Origin: an uncultured Pseudomonadota bacterium | GTDB taxonomy: Bacteria; Oederibacteriota; Muellerivitia; Muellerivitales; Muellerivitaceae | Assembly (NCBI GenBank): GCA_963843375.1 | Contig: CAWJKT010000011.1 | Coordinates: 288,001 to 352,000, forward strand | Reading direction: 5' to 3' | Length of the DNA stretch: 64,000 nucleotides | Part shown: one piece after another, positions 62,873 through 64,000 of the stretch | Layout: each line of letters begins with the position of its first letter | How positions within the stretch are numbered: position 1 is the stretch's first letter | The notes under the pieces: model-generated | Seen by the model: only the letters and a program-made list of their open reading frames with translations | What the model was told of the DNA's origin: nothing | Databases searched by the model: none | Made by a program: the position numbers and the translations under genes

Positions 62873-63847
62873 GTGAAAAATCTTTTCGTCAATTTAATTG
62901 TGATAGTTTCTCTTCCAATCGCTTTTATGGCCGGATGCGGCAACAAGAGCACATCCCCGTCCAGCCCCGGGGCTCCCACTGAAACCCCGACCATAACTTC
63001 CACTCCAACTATCACCGGAACGCCCACGTTAACCGGTACTCCAACCATCACCCGAACGCCCACGGAGACCACAACCATAACTCCGACGCCGACGATAACC
63101 TCAACTCCCACTGTAACTCAAACGCCGACATCGACCGGAACACCGACAGAAACCGGAATCGCGACAAGGACCGCTACTCCGGCGGGCTACAGCTTACCTC
63201 AACCGTTTCCACCCGCCATGGTTAACCTTGGGTCAGCGGCCAATTACGTGATCTTGTCTTATACTGGGATCACCAACAGCGGACCCAGTACGACTTGCGG
63301 CGGTTATGGGGTATACCCGGATGGAGAGACTTCCATTACCGGGTCGCCTGCAATCGTGGAAATATGTGGTGGGGCCATTAATGTAGGTGATAGCGCGGCG
63401 GACACAGCTAAGTTGGACTTAGGCACCGCCTATACCCATGCCATGGGGCTTCCCATGGGGGCCACTTTACCTCCCGGCGCCGATATCGGGGGCCAAACCC
63501 TTTATCCGGGCGTCTATTCCGAAAGCGGCGATCTCAATATTTCCTCGGCTGATCTTACTCTCGATGCTCAAGGAAACTCGAGCGCTGTCTTTGTTTTCCA
63601 GGTTAAGAGCGGTGGCGATCTTATCGTCGGACCCGGACGGAATGTCATACTGACCGGAGACGCCCAAGCCGCCAACGTTTTTTGGGCCGTGTCCGGTTAC
63701 TGCTCTCTTAATACGACCGTCTCCTTCGTGGGCAATATCATGGCCTATACCTCAGTCACCCTTAATACGGGCGCCGTACTAAAAGGCCGCGCTTTAGCCT
63801 CCAACGGCGATGTTACTTTATTATCCAATACCATCACCCATCCCTAA
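62873..63847 (+). CDS. DUF3494 ice-binding-family lipoprotein with TPT stalk
   Basis: GTG start chosen to give the MAGC lipobox; VNLGSAANY, GGQTLYPGVY, LTLDAQGN, AQAANVFW, GRALA. Confidence 0.92.
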   Translation: MKNLFVNLIVIVSLPIAFMAGCGNKSTSPSSPGAPTETPTITSTPTITGTPTLTGTPTITRTPTETTTITPTPTITSTPTVTQTPTSTGTPTETGIATRTATPAGYSLPQPFPPAMVNLGSAANYVILSYTGITNSGPSTTCGGYGVYPDGETSITGSPAIVEICGGAINVGDSAADTAKLDLGTAYTHAMGLPMGATLPPGADIGGQTLYPGVYSESGDLNISSADLTLDAQGNSSAVFVFQVKSGGDLIVGPGRNVILTGDAQAANVFWAVSGYCSLNTTVSFVGNIMAYTSVTLNTGAVLKGRALASNGDVTLLSNTITHP

Positions 63848-63871
63848 GGATTCACCTTAGGGGTTAAATGG

Positions 63872-63907
63872 AAAAAAAGGCCAGGACAAATTCCTGGCCT
63901 TTTTTTT
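63872..63907 (+). terminator. Intrinsic (possibly bidirectional) terminator
   Basis: A7-GGCCAGG-loop-CCTGGCC-T8. Confidence 0.9.
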
Positions 63908-64000
63908 AAAATTCGGAAAGTCAAAGACGTGAAAAAAAACCGAGAAAGACTTGGATTCTTTCCATTGGCTTCACTCATGCATACCTCTCTGACCATTCGG

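Overview
Bacterial DNA from a diderm organism (PorV-like and other beta-barrels, lipoproteins); taxonomy cannot be fixed from this window. 1-26.2 kb is a plant-polysaccharide (pectin/hemicellulose) locus: PL4, GH28, GH51-like, GH30 and a CBM-like protein, each built as functional domain + long alternating-Thr stalk + (in four of five) a shared unrecognised ~140-aa beta domain + a YPNP...GxYY...KL T9SS-like C-terminal domain. The locus also holds a PorV-like barrel, an ECF sigma/anti-sigma pair, a stalked GH53 lipoprotein and an AraC regulator. The GH51-like and GH30 genes share an apparently identical ~1.64 kb 3' cassette. 26.6-38.1 kb encodes a Rieske/split cytochrome b6/octaheme cytochrome c complex plus heme A/O and Cu assembly genes. 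38-51 kb is an accessory and stress region (AIPR, Sel1, C39 peptidase with a putative substrate, SOD). 51.4-57.5 kb is a caa3-type oxidase with a second Rieske/cytochrome b-c. 57.7-63.8 kb holds two DUF3494 ice-binding lipoproteins and small genes. Five sigma54-like promoters between 51 and 63 kb lie near a shared ATCAAAAYG-N15-CRTTTTGAT inverted repeat. About a dozen otherwise intact genes are frameshifted, most likely by assembly error. No rRNA, tRNA, CRISPR array or transposase was seen. All family calls are by eye, without database searches.
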